Of a stretch of DNA of 40,647 bases, positions 28,400 to 37,276 are shown in pieces; the first letter of the stretch is position 1; every line of letters begins with the position of its first letter. Origin of the DNA: Candidatus Heimdallarchaeota archaeon (GTDB lineage Archaea; Asgardarchaeota; Heimdallarchaeia; JABLTI01); the NCBI GenBank assembly GCA_018238155.1, contig JABCTZ010000027.1, positions 1 to 40,647 of the forward strand, given 5' to 3'. Both the position numbers and the translations under genes were made by a program. Under the pieces are notes generated by a model. The model was not told where the DNA came from and searched no databases. It worked only from the letters and a program-made list of their open reading frames with translations.

Positions 28400-29440
28400 A
28401 TGACGATTAAGATTTTACATACTGCAGATTTACATCTAAGTAAGAAAAAACCTTATACAATAGCTGCTTTGGATGAGATATTAAAAGTAGCTAAGAAAAA
28501 TGAAGTCGAAATTCTCACGATTGGGGGCGATCTTTTTGATAAAAGAGATGATGCTGAAGATTTGCGTATTGAATTAAGAAGCAAGTTCTCAAAAAATGAT
28601 TTCAAAATAATTGCTATTCCCGGAAATCATGATACTGATGTTTATAGAGAAGGGTTAGATTTTGGGGAAAATTTCATTCCTATGACTGATGAACCTTTTG
28701 GCATTTATCCTCATAAAGATATAAATCTTGTAGCAATACCTTATTTGGATGAATTAAACCAAGATATGCTTGAGAAACTAAAAAAAGAAACAAAAGCTGG
28801 AAAAACGAATATACTTCTTCTTCATTGTACTTTAGATATTGGATTTAGCTCAGGTGATTTTGGAGATGAGAAAAAATATTGCCCAATAAGCAAATCTAAA
28901 TTAGAAAAGCTAGGTTATGAGTATATTTTAGCGGGACATTTTCACACGAAGACTGACATTGTAAAATTAAATGAAAAAAGTGTATTCATTTATCCTGGCT
29001 CACCAACATCAATAACTACAAAGGAATTAGGTAAGAGAAAAGTCGTATTGATTGATCTAGAAAAAAATGAGATAAAAGAAATTCCTCTGAAAACATTCTA
29101 TCATAACAAATTGATTGAAACAGTTATAGCTGATAAAGAAGATGATGCAATTTCTAATATTGAAAAATGGTTAAAAAAGCAAGTTATTTACGAAAAAAAC
29201 ATTGAAGTTACAGTTAATGGTTTTATTAATAGAAATGAAACTGAATATAGAAAAGCTATTAACGAAATTGACGAAAATGTGATTTTCATTTATAATTGTA
29301 AAGAAGTTGGTCAAATTTTGAATGATCCATTATTTATTAAATTTCTTGGGAAATTAGAGGAGAGTGACTATAAGGATAAAAGAGAGATAGAAGATCTTGT
29401 TTTAGAAATTGCTTCAAAGATTTTAGGTCAAGGGAGTTGA
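28400..29440 (+). CDS. Mre11/SbcD-like metallophosphoesterase nuclease
   Basis: HTADLH, GGDLFD, PGNHD, LLH, AGHFH, YPGSP. Confidence 0.9.
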   Translation: MTIKILHTADLHLSKKKPYTIAALDEILKVAKKNEVEILTIGGDLFDKRDDAEDLRIELRSKFSKNDFKIIAIPGNHDTDVYREGLDFGENFIPMTDEPFGIYPHKDINLVAIPYLDELNQDMLEKLKKETKAGKTNILLLHCTLDIGFSSGDFGDEKKYCPISKSKLEKLGYEYILAGHFHTKTDIVKLNEKSVFIYPGSPTSITTKELGKRKVVLIDLEKNEIKEIPLKTFYHNKLIETVIADKEDDAISNIEKWLKKQVIYEKNIEVTVNGFINRNETEYRKAINEIDENVIFIYNCKEVGQILNDPLFIKFLGKLEESDYKDKREIEDLVLEIASKILGQGS

Positions 29441-29444
29441 GAAA

Positions 29445-31397
29445 TTGAGAGTAAAAAGAATTAAAGTTGATAGATATGGACCTTTAAAGAATTTAGATTT
29501 GAATTTGAATCCAGGTATTAATGTTATATATGGACTAAACGAATCTGGTAAATCTTTGACAATGGATTTTCTATTAAAAAAGCTATCAAAGAAACAGAAA
29601 GCGCAATACAAACGAGAAGATAGAGTAAATGAAAAACCTGAAGGTTATATCATCTTTCATGATACCGACGATATAAAATTAGAGCCGAATCAATGCTTAA
29701 CAGATTTTCTTCCTAAAATTAAGGATGCAGATATTTGTAGAATTTTTGTAATGAAAGATTCAGATTTAAACATACCTGATAGCAAATATTATTCCGATAT
29801 TACATATCGTTTAACTGGATCAAGAACAGCAGATATAGATAAAATAAAGGTAAAAATATTAGAATATGGTTTTTTAACAAAAAGCAATTTGGGATTATTG
29901 AATACTTCCAAAAGCAGTAATTTGAGAGATAGAGTTAAAGATGCAAATACTCTGAAAAGGGATGCTTCAAAGTACATAATAGAGATAGAAGAAAACAATA
30001 TACGAGTGTTGGAAGGTAGAATATTTACTAATAAAATAAAATTGAAACAGATGGAGGAAGACTTAAAGAAACAGAAAGTAGCAAAACAAATACATGAATT
30101 TGAAAAAAACAAAGAAGCTATTGATGAAATTGGACTTTGTAAAGCTAATATTGAGACACTACCTAAAGCAGATTTCTTAAACTCTTTGAAAGTAAAACTT
30201 AGTGAATATATTACTAACGAAATTAGTTATCAGAACCATTCTAAAATCTCTAAATTTTCAATATGGGGAATAATTCTTTCATTTTTATTTTGTTTTGTGT
30301 ATTGGTTGGCTTGGATATTCACTACACAACCAGTTATAGGAATCATTACTCCGATAATGACTTCATTCTTTCTGTTATCATATTCAATCTTGTGGTTTAT
30401 TGCTTACTATAGAATGAAAACTCAAAATGAATTAAGGGATGAAATAATTGAAAAAGGAAAGGAAATGGGCGTGGTAGAAGAAACCATTGAAAAGATAGAA
30501 GAATTATTGGAAAGCAATTTGGAATCTATTGATGAATGTAATGACAAAATCACTGAAAATATTGGTGCACTAAAAAGGAGTTTAGATTTAATAGTAGATT
30601 CTGAAAAAGTCATTGAACAAGCAGAGAAGGAATTATTGGAAATTGAAGGAAAAATAGATTTGAAATTAAGAATAAAATATAAACAATCAAAAGTGGATGC
30701 CTTGGAAAAAAGCATAAGTGATTTGAGAAATGAAATCTCTACAAGCGAAGGTGATTTGAAGCAACATAGTGAAAAATTATATGAATTTTCAAGAAGATTT
30801 TCAAAACTAAAAATTTCCTTAAGTTTAAATGAAGAATTTGATTTACATATTGAAAATAGTGATTCATTGCCTGTTCTCATTGAGAAACTTCATCAATTTA
30901 TTAGTTTCATTGAAAATAGAGCAACAACTTGTAGAAATGCATTGGAGATTTTCAATAAAATAAGCAATGAAGAAAAAGAAAAGATAAATCAATTATTTGA
31001 TGAAGACAACGTTAGTATCGAATTGTTTAATGAGATGACAAAAGGGAAATATGATAATATAATGTTTGAGTCAGAAAGTGGTAATATTATTGTTAAGGAA
31101 TCAAGTGGAGGAGAAAAATCTGCTTATAAACTAAGTGAAGGTGCATACGATCAGCTATATTTTGCTATTAGAGTGGATTTAGCTCAGCGAATTTTGGATG
31201 GAGATAGTGGTTTCCTTATTATGGATGATATTTTCCTTTCATATGACATTGATAGATTAACAGAGGCTTTCACTATACTCAAGAAACTTGCTGATATGAA
31301 TTGGCAGATAATTTACTTTACAGCAAAAGATGAGGTTTGCAAACAATTTTCTAAAGTATCAGAAAATAAACTCATTAAACTTGAACCTTTAGAGTAA
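29445..31397 (+). CDS. Rad50/SbcC-like ABC ATPase with two central TM helices (YhaN-like architecture)
   Basis: Walker A GLNESGKS, coiled coils, signature LSEG, Walker B LIMDD; hydrophobic hairpin at about aa 272-322; no CxxC hook. Confidence 0.87.
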   Translation: MRVKRIKVDRYGPLKNLDLNLNPGINVIYGLNESGKSLTMDFLLKKLSKKQKAQYKREDRVNEKPEGYIIFHDTDDIKLEPNQCLTDFLPKIKDADICRIFVMKDSDLNIPDSKYYSDITYRLTGSRTADIDKIKVKILEYGFLTKSNLGLLNTSKSSNLRDRVKDANTLKRDASKYIIEIEENNIRVLEGRIFTNKIKLKQMEEDLKKQKVAKQIHEFEKNKEAIDEIGLCKANIETLPKADFLNSLKVKLSEYITNEISYQNHSKISKFSIWGIILSFLFCFVYWLAWIFTTQPVIGIITPIMTSFFLLSYSILWFIAYYRMKTQNELRDEIIEKGKEMGVVEETIEKIEELLESNLESIDECNDKITENIGALKRSLDLIVDSEKVIEQAEKELLEIEGKIDLKLRIKYKQSKVDALEKSISDLRNEISTSEGDLKQHSEKLYEFSRRFSKLKISLSLNEEFDLHIENSDSLPVLIEKLHQFISFIENRATTCRNALEIFNKISNEEKEKINQLFDEDNVSIELFNEMTKGKYDNIMFESESGNIIVKESSGGEKSAYKLSEGAYDQLYFAIRVDLAQRILDGDSGFLIMDDIFLSYDIDRLTEAFTILKKLADMNWQIIYFTAKDEVCKQFSKVSENKLIKLEPLE

Positions 31398-31498
31398 AAT
31401 TATCAAATAATTTTCCTTGAAGTGCTATCTTCCTCCAAGTCTTTTTATATTTTAATTCAAAGCTAGTTTTAGACGTTCAAGTATAATATCAAAATAGG

Positions 31499-33106
31499 TT
31501 GGTTTTAATGCTTCACTGGTCCACAGATCCTCTATTACTAGATAAAGAACCAATGAAAGCAAACAACTGGGAAACAGCAAATTCACTGATAGAGAAGGGA
31601 AGAATAACAGAAATCATTTCTCCAGATCTCCACTTCAAAAACATCTATGGAATAATGGTTCGAAAGAATGATTTTGTTCGAAAGAGCTCTCGAGATAGGA
31701 TCATTGCCCGATTCCCGTTCCTTATTTTAACTGACGAGATTCGAGCTAAAATTCAAGAACGAACCCTTCTCATAGCTGAAGTGGCTCGAGATTACTTTTA
31801 TCGCTCTATAAACAAGTCGATCACTGCCTGGCGGGATATTGTTTTGAAGTATATTGAACGGGGTGCGTTGCCCTTTCCATTATTTCGCTGTGCACAGGAA
31901 ATTATTCCGGAATTATCCTTACCCGTGAATGGTTCTGGCACTATTCCTTTTATGAGTGCTCGAGGAGAAGCATTTACTTTTCCAACGAAGATGTCCAACC
32001 AATTAGCCTATCTTTGCGGTATTTGTAATGGTGATGGAAATTTGCGTGAATATTGGATTATTGTTGCTGATGAAACGAAAGAGCATATTGAGTTTGTTAC
32101 CCAGTTACTTGCTAAGTCATTCTCTAAATCTGGTAAACTAATGAAAACAGGAGGAGCTTGGATAGTAAAACTGAACCTGCTCTGGTCTGTGCGGTTATTC
32201 AACTTTCTAACAGACCAAGCAATAGATGAACCAAAGTATGATTCACTTCGAGAACCGCTAGTTTTTCAATCTTCATTAGGTAAAACTTTCCGAAATGACT
32301 ATTGGAGAGGAATAATGGATAGTGATGGATCATATTCAAAGTACAATATTTGTTTAACAACTGCATCAAAACCGTTAATGGTAAGTTTTGCTAATTTCCT
32401 TGAGGAAAAGAAAATAAAATATTCTACCAAAGAAAATTATTACAAAGAAATGGATGCTTATGGTTATATGGTTCAAATTCTAGCTGCTTCGCACATTGAC
32501 TTTTGCTTAATGTTGGATTCTTATTATATTAACAAAAAGAAACAACTAGATGCTATCTTAAGAAGAAAAGTAATACAACACAATAAAGGACAGATACTTC
32601 ATTTAAAAGAAACTTCCTTAACCTTAGATGGTTATTTTGATTTTAATAAATTAATTGATTTACGAATTATCTTAACACCAAAATTAGCATCAGATTTGTA
32701 TGAAAACATTAACTTAGCTTTACTAGAACAAAAGCAATCTACTCATAATAGATACAAAAACGGAAAACTTGCTATCCCTCTTTCAATAATTAAAGAAATT
32801 CGAGAAGAAACAAATCAAGAAGACATTTGTTCATATATCGTTCAAAATGAAATCACTCAATTTTATTCGGGAAAGAGCTCAGCTAAATTGCCACTAAAAC
32901 CAAATAAAACTCTGGAAGAAATTTTACTGTTACTGAAAATTCGTAAGGGATATTTGTATATCGATTTATCAAATATTGACATTTCACTTAAACCTATTAA
33001 AATAAAAATCGAAGAGACATTTGCTATTACAATAGAGGATACAGAATTATGGAATAAGGTTATATACAAATTCATTAAAACTTTCTACAAAATTAATTCC
33101 GAATAG
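31499..33106 (+). CDS. Free-standing double-motif LAGLIDADG endonuclease-like protein
   Basis: LAYLCGICNGDGNL and DYWRGIMDSDGSY motifs about 100 aa apart; no Hint/intein splice motifs seen. Confidence 0.78.
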   Translation: MVLMLHWSTDPLLLDKEPMKANNWETANSLIEKGRITEIISPDLHFKNIYGIMVRKNDFVRKSSRDRIIARFPFLILTDEIRAKIQERTLLIAEVARDYFYRSINKSITAWRDIVLKYIERGALPFPLFRCAQEIIPELSLPVNGSGTIPFMSARGEAFTFPTKMSNQLAYLCGICNGDGNLREYWIIVADETKEHIEFVTQLLAKSFSKSGKLMKTGGAWIVKLNLLWSVRLFNFLTDQAIDEPKYDSLREPLVFQSSLGKTFRNDYWRGIMDSDGSYSKYNICLTTASKPLMVSFANFLEEKKIKYSTKENYYKEMDAYGYMVQILAASHIDFCLMLDSYYINKKKQLDAILRRKVIQHNKGQILHLKETSLTLDGYFDFNKLIDLRIILTPKLASDLYENINLALLEQKQSTHNRYKNGKLAIPLSIIKEIREETNQEDICSYIVQNEITQFYSGKSSAKLPLKPNKTLEEILLLLKIRKGYLYIDLSNIDISLKPIKIKIEETFAITIEDTELWNKVIYKFIKTFYKINSE

Positions 33107-33480
33107 CTAAAAAATATGCTGAAATACAGGGAAACAAAACAAGCTTATCAGAGGGGTCTCTTCGGGAAAATAGAGAGAGGAAAAGGTATTCAGAGAAGCA
33201 AATTTCTTCTTAGCTATGTTCTATTGTAGTGTTATGTTTTAGGATAGATTCTTTTCCAGAAAGAAGGTTGGAACGTACTCCTTCAGTGTATCATTTCAGC
33301 CTGTCTTTTTTCCTTTGACCAGTTTTTTGTGATATTTTCTCTCCTTTTGTATTTCGCCCGATTTTTTGTGATAAAATTTCTTCTTTTCCCCTTGTTTTTC
33401 ATCTCTACTAGGGAGGATGTTTTTTTTCGTATAGCAGTACAATTTAGGTTAACGTACTTTTATTTTAATAATAGACTACC

Positions 33481-33918
33481 ATAAAATTAGTAGAGCAATA
33501 CAATGCCGGAGTATATAATGCTGATATTTTCTTTGAGCAATTATTGTCATTTACAAATGAACTAAACGAAGAGGAAAAAAGAGGTATTGGTGAAAATCTC
33601 ACAGAGGAAGAATTAGCTGTTTTCGATTTGTTGTTCAAAGTTGATTTAACCAAAAAAGAAAAAACAATGGTTAAAGATGCTGCAAAAGAACTATTGAAAG
33701 TACTAAAAGAAGAACGGAAATTGGTTATTGATTGGCGTAAAAAACAGAAAACTCGAGCTACTGTGCGTTTGGCTATAGAACTACAATTAGAAAAAATGCT
33801 CCCTGAAAGTTATGACCAAAAATTATACTATCAAAAATGCGATCAAATTTACCAGCATATCTACGATAATTACTTTGGTGATAATCTGAGTACTTATACA
33901 AAATTAACTAGTCAATAA
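33481..33918 (+). pseudogene. hsdR: C-terminal remnant of type I restriction endonuclease subunit R (DUF3387-like region)
   Basis: Frame extends upstream of the ORF call (IKLVEQYNAGVYNADIFFEQLL) into ENLTEEELAVFDLL, LVIDWRKKQKTRATVR and IYQHIYDNY; nuclease and helicase parts are absent. Confidence 0.82.
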
Positions 33919-34101
33919 TTTTTCATAGTCAGATTCCATTTAATGAGCAATATTAGCATTAGAAATATTGTTATTTTTTCAAAATATAAAATCATCTTTG
34001 TTCTTAAAAATTAAGTTCAAAAACATAAAGAAATGTGACAATGTTTATGTAACCAATAATTTATAAGTACGATTGTTAATAGGTCAGTGTTCTTGTGGTA
34101 G

Positions 34102-34734
34102 GTGATTATGGTGAGTAAATTTACTTTAGCTTCTATTGTTTTATTAGCAGAAGCACATAATCCAAGTATATTATCTCCAGATTGGTTGAAAAAGAATAAA
34201 GTTATTACTGAAAACCCAAAACAATTTGCTCTTACTCCTGATTTTGCACTTTTCGACTCTAAAAGCTACAATCTCATTGTTGATCGTCAAAGATTACAAC
34301 TAAGTGCTAAAAAACCTTCTTTGCAAAGTGTAAAATCCATTACCCAAATAATTACAAAATATCTTGAAATTCTACCACATATACCTTACTTGCGTTTAGG
34401 GTTGAATTTCGAATGGTTGGTTGAAGAAAGTGAAACTACTGCTCCACCTGAGATAAGTCTCTCACTTGGGTCTATAATTGATATATCTCCTCTAATTCCT
34501 GACCATGAGATTTGTTATGGGTCAATCATTTACGCGAAAGAAAGTGATTATAAGATGCGAATATCTATTGCACCACCTAACGAAGATGCAGTAACATATA
34601 AGTTTAATTTTGATTATACTATTAAAGATCGACCAGTAGAAAAAGTAATCGAATTTGTTACCTCTTACATTGAAAAATATAAATTCGCATTTAACATTGT
34701 TAAGAAAACTATAGAAATTAAAGGAGTAGAATAA
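34102..34734 (+). CDS. Hypothetical protein with an NPxIxxPxWL motif (resembles TIGR04255-like proteins)
   Basis: HNPSILSPDWL and LPHIPYLRLGLNF; coupled to the next gene. Confidence 0.65.
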   Translation: MIMVSKFTLASIVLLAEAHNPSILSPDWLKKNKVITENPKQFALTPDFALFDSKSYNLIVDRQRLQLSAKKPSLQSVKSITQIITKYLEILPHIPYLRLGLNFEWLVEESETTAPPEISLSLGSIIDISPLIPDHEICYGSIIYAKESDYKMRISIAPPNEDAVTYKFNFDYTIKDRPVEKVIEFVTSYIEKYKFAFNIVKKTIEIKGVE

Positions 34735-35333
34735 TGATGAGTAGATTATGTTTTCAAGTCGGATCTCCTTCAACCGAAGCATATGATATCAAAGAAGTTG
34801 ATTCATTACCAAAGCAAGCCCAATTTGAAAAGATTAAAACTGATACTTCTCTCTATCTAAACCATATACAAGCGTTAGATCGATTGTATGTAGACATTAA
34901 AACGGCAAATGTTTTTCCGAGTTTAATCAGCCAACAAAACAAATTTGTCTCACTTGTTTCATTCAATTTCAAACAATCAAAACTTTTTTCTCCTATGTTG
35001 GATTCCCAAGAAATTTATCGAGAAATCGATTCGTGGAATATTTCATTCCGAACTAAAAAGTTAGTAAATCATTTTCTATTAGATCATCCTGAATTAATGG
35101 AAATCATACCAAAAGCTGATTTGATTATTAGGAATTACTTCTCTGATTACTCTTTACTTCTCGAAGTACAGACAGATCCAGAAGATGATTCGTTATTATT
35201 AATCCTCTTTATTCAAACTTCATTATCTGCAAAAGAAGCGTATGATGCTCTTGATCAAATTGACAATTTGTGGTGGACGGAGATTTCAGAAGAAATAGGT
35301 GATTTGATGTGTCTTCACGTAGAGTTCCAGTAG
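34734..35333 (+). CDS. Hypothetical protein, candidate antitoxin partner of the downstream HEPN gene
   Basis: Acidic C-terminal domain (LEVQTDPE...EAYDALDQIDNLWW) overlapping the HEPN start. Confidence 0.55.
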   Translation: MMSRLCFQVGSPSTEAYDIKEVDSLPKQAQFEKIKTDTSLYLNHIQALDRLYVDIKTANVFPSLISQQNKFVSLVSFNFKQSKLFSPMLDSQEIYREIDSWNISFRTKKLVNHFLLDHPELMEIIPKADLIIRNYFSDYSLLLEVQTDPEDDSLLLILFIQTSLSAKEAYDALDQIDNLWWTEISEEIGDLMCLHVEFQ

Positions 35334-35707
35334 ATTTTTCTTGGTATCAATATTATGAATTAGCTCAACAATTATTTGAAGACTCGAAAAAAAATTCACC
35401 ACTCTCCGAATCTATGCTTCGTTCTTCTATTAGTCGAGCATACTTTGCTTCCCATTGTTTAGCACGAAACTTTCTTCGAGATGTGAGAGAACTAGCACCT
35501 CCTATTAAAAAAACTCATTCTTGGGTAATTAATACTATCAAAGATGATAAAGATTCAAGAATTCGTAAAATTCATGCCCAACTGAACCGTTTACGTATTG
35601 ATAGAAACAGTGCTGATTATAGTGATTCACTAAGACAATTATATTCAATGGCGGAGGGTGCATTAATTGGTGCACGTCAAACAATTGATATTCTTGATGA
35701 ATTCTAA
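35309..35707 (+). CDS. HEPN domain protein (putative RNase toxin)
   Basis: LRSSISRAYFA, conserved H, and LRIDRNSADY motif; all-helical, 132 aa. Confidence 0.8.
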   Translation: MSSRRVPVDFSWYQYYELAQQLFEDSKKNSPLSESMLRSSISRAYFASHCLARNFLRDVRELAPPIKKTHSWVINTIKDDKDSRIRKIHAQLNRLRIDRNSADYSDSLRQLYSMAEGALIGARQTIDILDEF

Positions 35708-35794
35708 TTTTAGATAATGGAATGATAGTTTGATTTTTTTATTATGCTATTTTGGTCTTTATAAAGAAAACTGGTTTTTATTAATTGAGTACTA

Positions 35795-36538
35795 ATGCCA
35801 AATACTTTCAATCTCAGTAAAACGGAATTTACAGCCTATCTAGAATGTCCTATAAAATTCTATTTACAAAAGGAGCAGAATCTAACAACGAAGCAAGGAC
35901 CGAGAGGGGGCGTAAATAGTGATTTTTATCCTCCTCATTTATCGGGTGGGATGATCTGGCATGATCGTCTTGCAGAATTCTATCGTAATACAGCCAAAGA
36001 TCTTCTTGCAGGGACAGTTTCTGAACGTGAAGTTCTCACTCATCATATCTATCAACTTTTCTGGCAGCGGGAGCTCCATCGTTATGAAGTTGATCCTTCT
36101 CATTGGTTTCCTCTTGCTTTTGAATATTATTTCTCTTCTCCGACTATGCGTGGTAAGATTGACCGTATTGATCCTCTTGGTGCCACAGAATGTTGTTTAG
36201 TTGAGTATAAGGCTCGTCCGGGAACCAGTGGTTTTCTTGACGAAGAATTACTTTTCTATGCTCTTCTTGCTTCTGAGAGTGACGATTTCTGTCGAACAAT
36301 TGGTCGTCCTGTTACCCGTGTTGCTTGTTATTTTTATCGCACTGGTGAGTGGTATACTCGAGAGATTGTTCCCGAGGAACTTTCCTCTTTCCGCGAGTTT
36401 CTTTCTCCTCTTCGCTCTGAGATGCTTACTGGCAACTGGGCTCGTAAACATGCATGTTCTCTCTCTTCTCATGATTGTTCTTATGCTGTTGTTTGCACTA
36501 AAATACTTGATAGGTTCTTAATATCCTCTAGAGAGTGA
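35795..36538 (+). CDS. cas4: Cas4/AddB-like PD-(D/E)XK nuclease with a 4-Cys cluster
   Basis: LSKT....YLECP, G...H, RGKIDRID, LVEYK, ELLFYA and C-terminal C-x6-C-x5-C. Confidence 0.8.
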   Translation: MPNTFNLSKTEFTAYLECPIKFYLQKEQNLTTKQGPRGGVNSDFYPPHLSGGMIWHDRLAEFYRNTAKDLLAGTVSEREVLTHHIYQLFWQRELHRYEVDPSHWFPLAFEYYFSSPTMRGKIDRIDPLGATECCLVEYKARPGTSGFLDEELLFYALLASESDDFCRTIGRPVTRVACYFYRTGEWYTREIVPEELSSFREFLSPLRSEMLTGNWARKHACSLSSHDCSYAVVCTKILDRFLISSRE

Positions 36539-36576
36539 CTGTCTACTTTCTCCCTTTTTTCGTTCTCTTTTTTTTA

Positions 36577-37263
36577 TTAGCTGCTAGTTATTTTTGTTAT
36601 CCCTATTGTCATCAGAATCTTTTTCTCTATTTCACTTGCAATTTCATCTTCTAGTTCGCATTCTGTCATCTCTCCTACATACTCAAAATACGTTCTTCTT
36701 ATTTCTTGAATGAACTTTTCAATTTCTCTCACCGTTCCTTTTCGATACGCTCTTCTTTTCTCTTCCTGCAGTTCTATCTCTTTTGGTTCTTTTTCCTCTT
36801 CTTTTTGATTTATCTCTCGAGCAAACTCCTCTACCATTGTTTCGTAATCTATTTCTTGACTATCTAATCTTATTGTTCGTTTTATTCTCCCCACAAATGG
36901 GGATGATACATTGATAGCATATTTCCGTTTGTTGGTCCGTAAAATACCTTCTTTCACCAGTTGTTGCAACCTTTCTGTTATCCTACTCTTTTCCCATGGT
37001 AATCGCTCACAATACCAAGCTCTGCTATGATATTGGCTCTCACCTGTTTCGATAAATTCTTCGAGTAGCACTTTTACAATGTTGCTCGTTGTTTGCACTT
37101 CTTTTTCAGCTAGTTCATTGATGATATTATCCACTTTACTCCGTTCTTCTACATACAATTGTGTTGGACTCGCTAGTAATTCCTCTTCCAATGCTACCAA
37201 TAATTCTTCTATTGTTTCTTCTGTTGGATTTTTTCCTTCCTTTTGATTCAATTCTCTTCTCAC
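36577..37263 (-). CDS. Winged-helix DNA-binding protein with acidic helical flanks
   Basis: SRAWYCERLPWEKSRITERLQQLVKEGIL HTH pattern; GTG 37263 with gaaggtg upstream preferred over TTG 37314. Confidence 0.65.
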   Translation of the reverse strand: MRRELNQKEGKNPTEETIEELLVALEEELLASPTQLYVEERSKVDNIINELAEKEVQTTSNIVKVLLEEFIETGESQYHSRAWYCERLPWEKSRITERLQQLVKEGILRTNKRKYAINVSSPFVGRIKRTIRLDSQEIDYETMVEEFAREINQKEEEKEPKEIELQEEKRRAYRKGTVREIEKFIQEIRRTYFEYVGEMTECELEDEIASEIEKKILMTIGITKITSS

Positions 37264-37276
37264 CTTCTTTTTTTTT

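Noticed and set aside
33283-33402. 39-aa basic minus-strand ORF (MKNKGKRRNF...)
   Set aside because: Too short and explained by the local purine bias and direct repeat
31499-33480. Intein or group I/II intron hosting the LAGLIDADG ORF
   Set aside because: No Hint motifs or terminal HN, no interrupted host gene on both sides and no group II domain V motif
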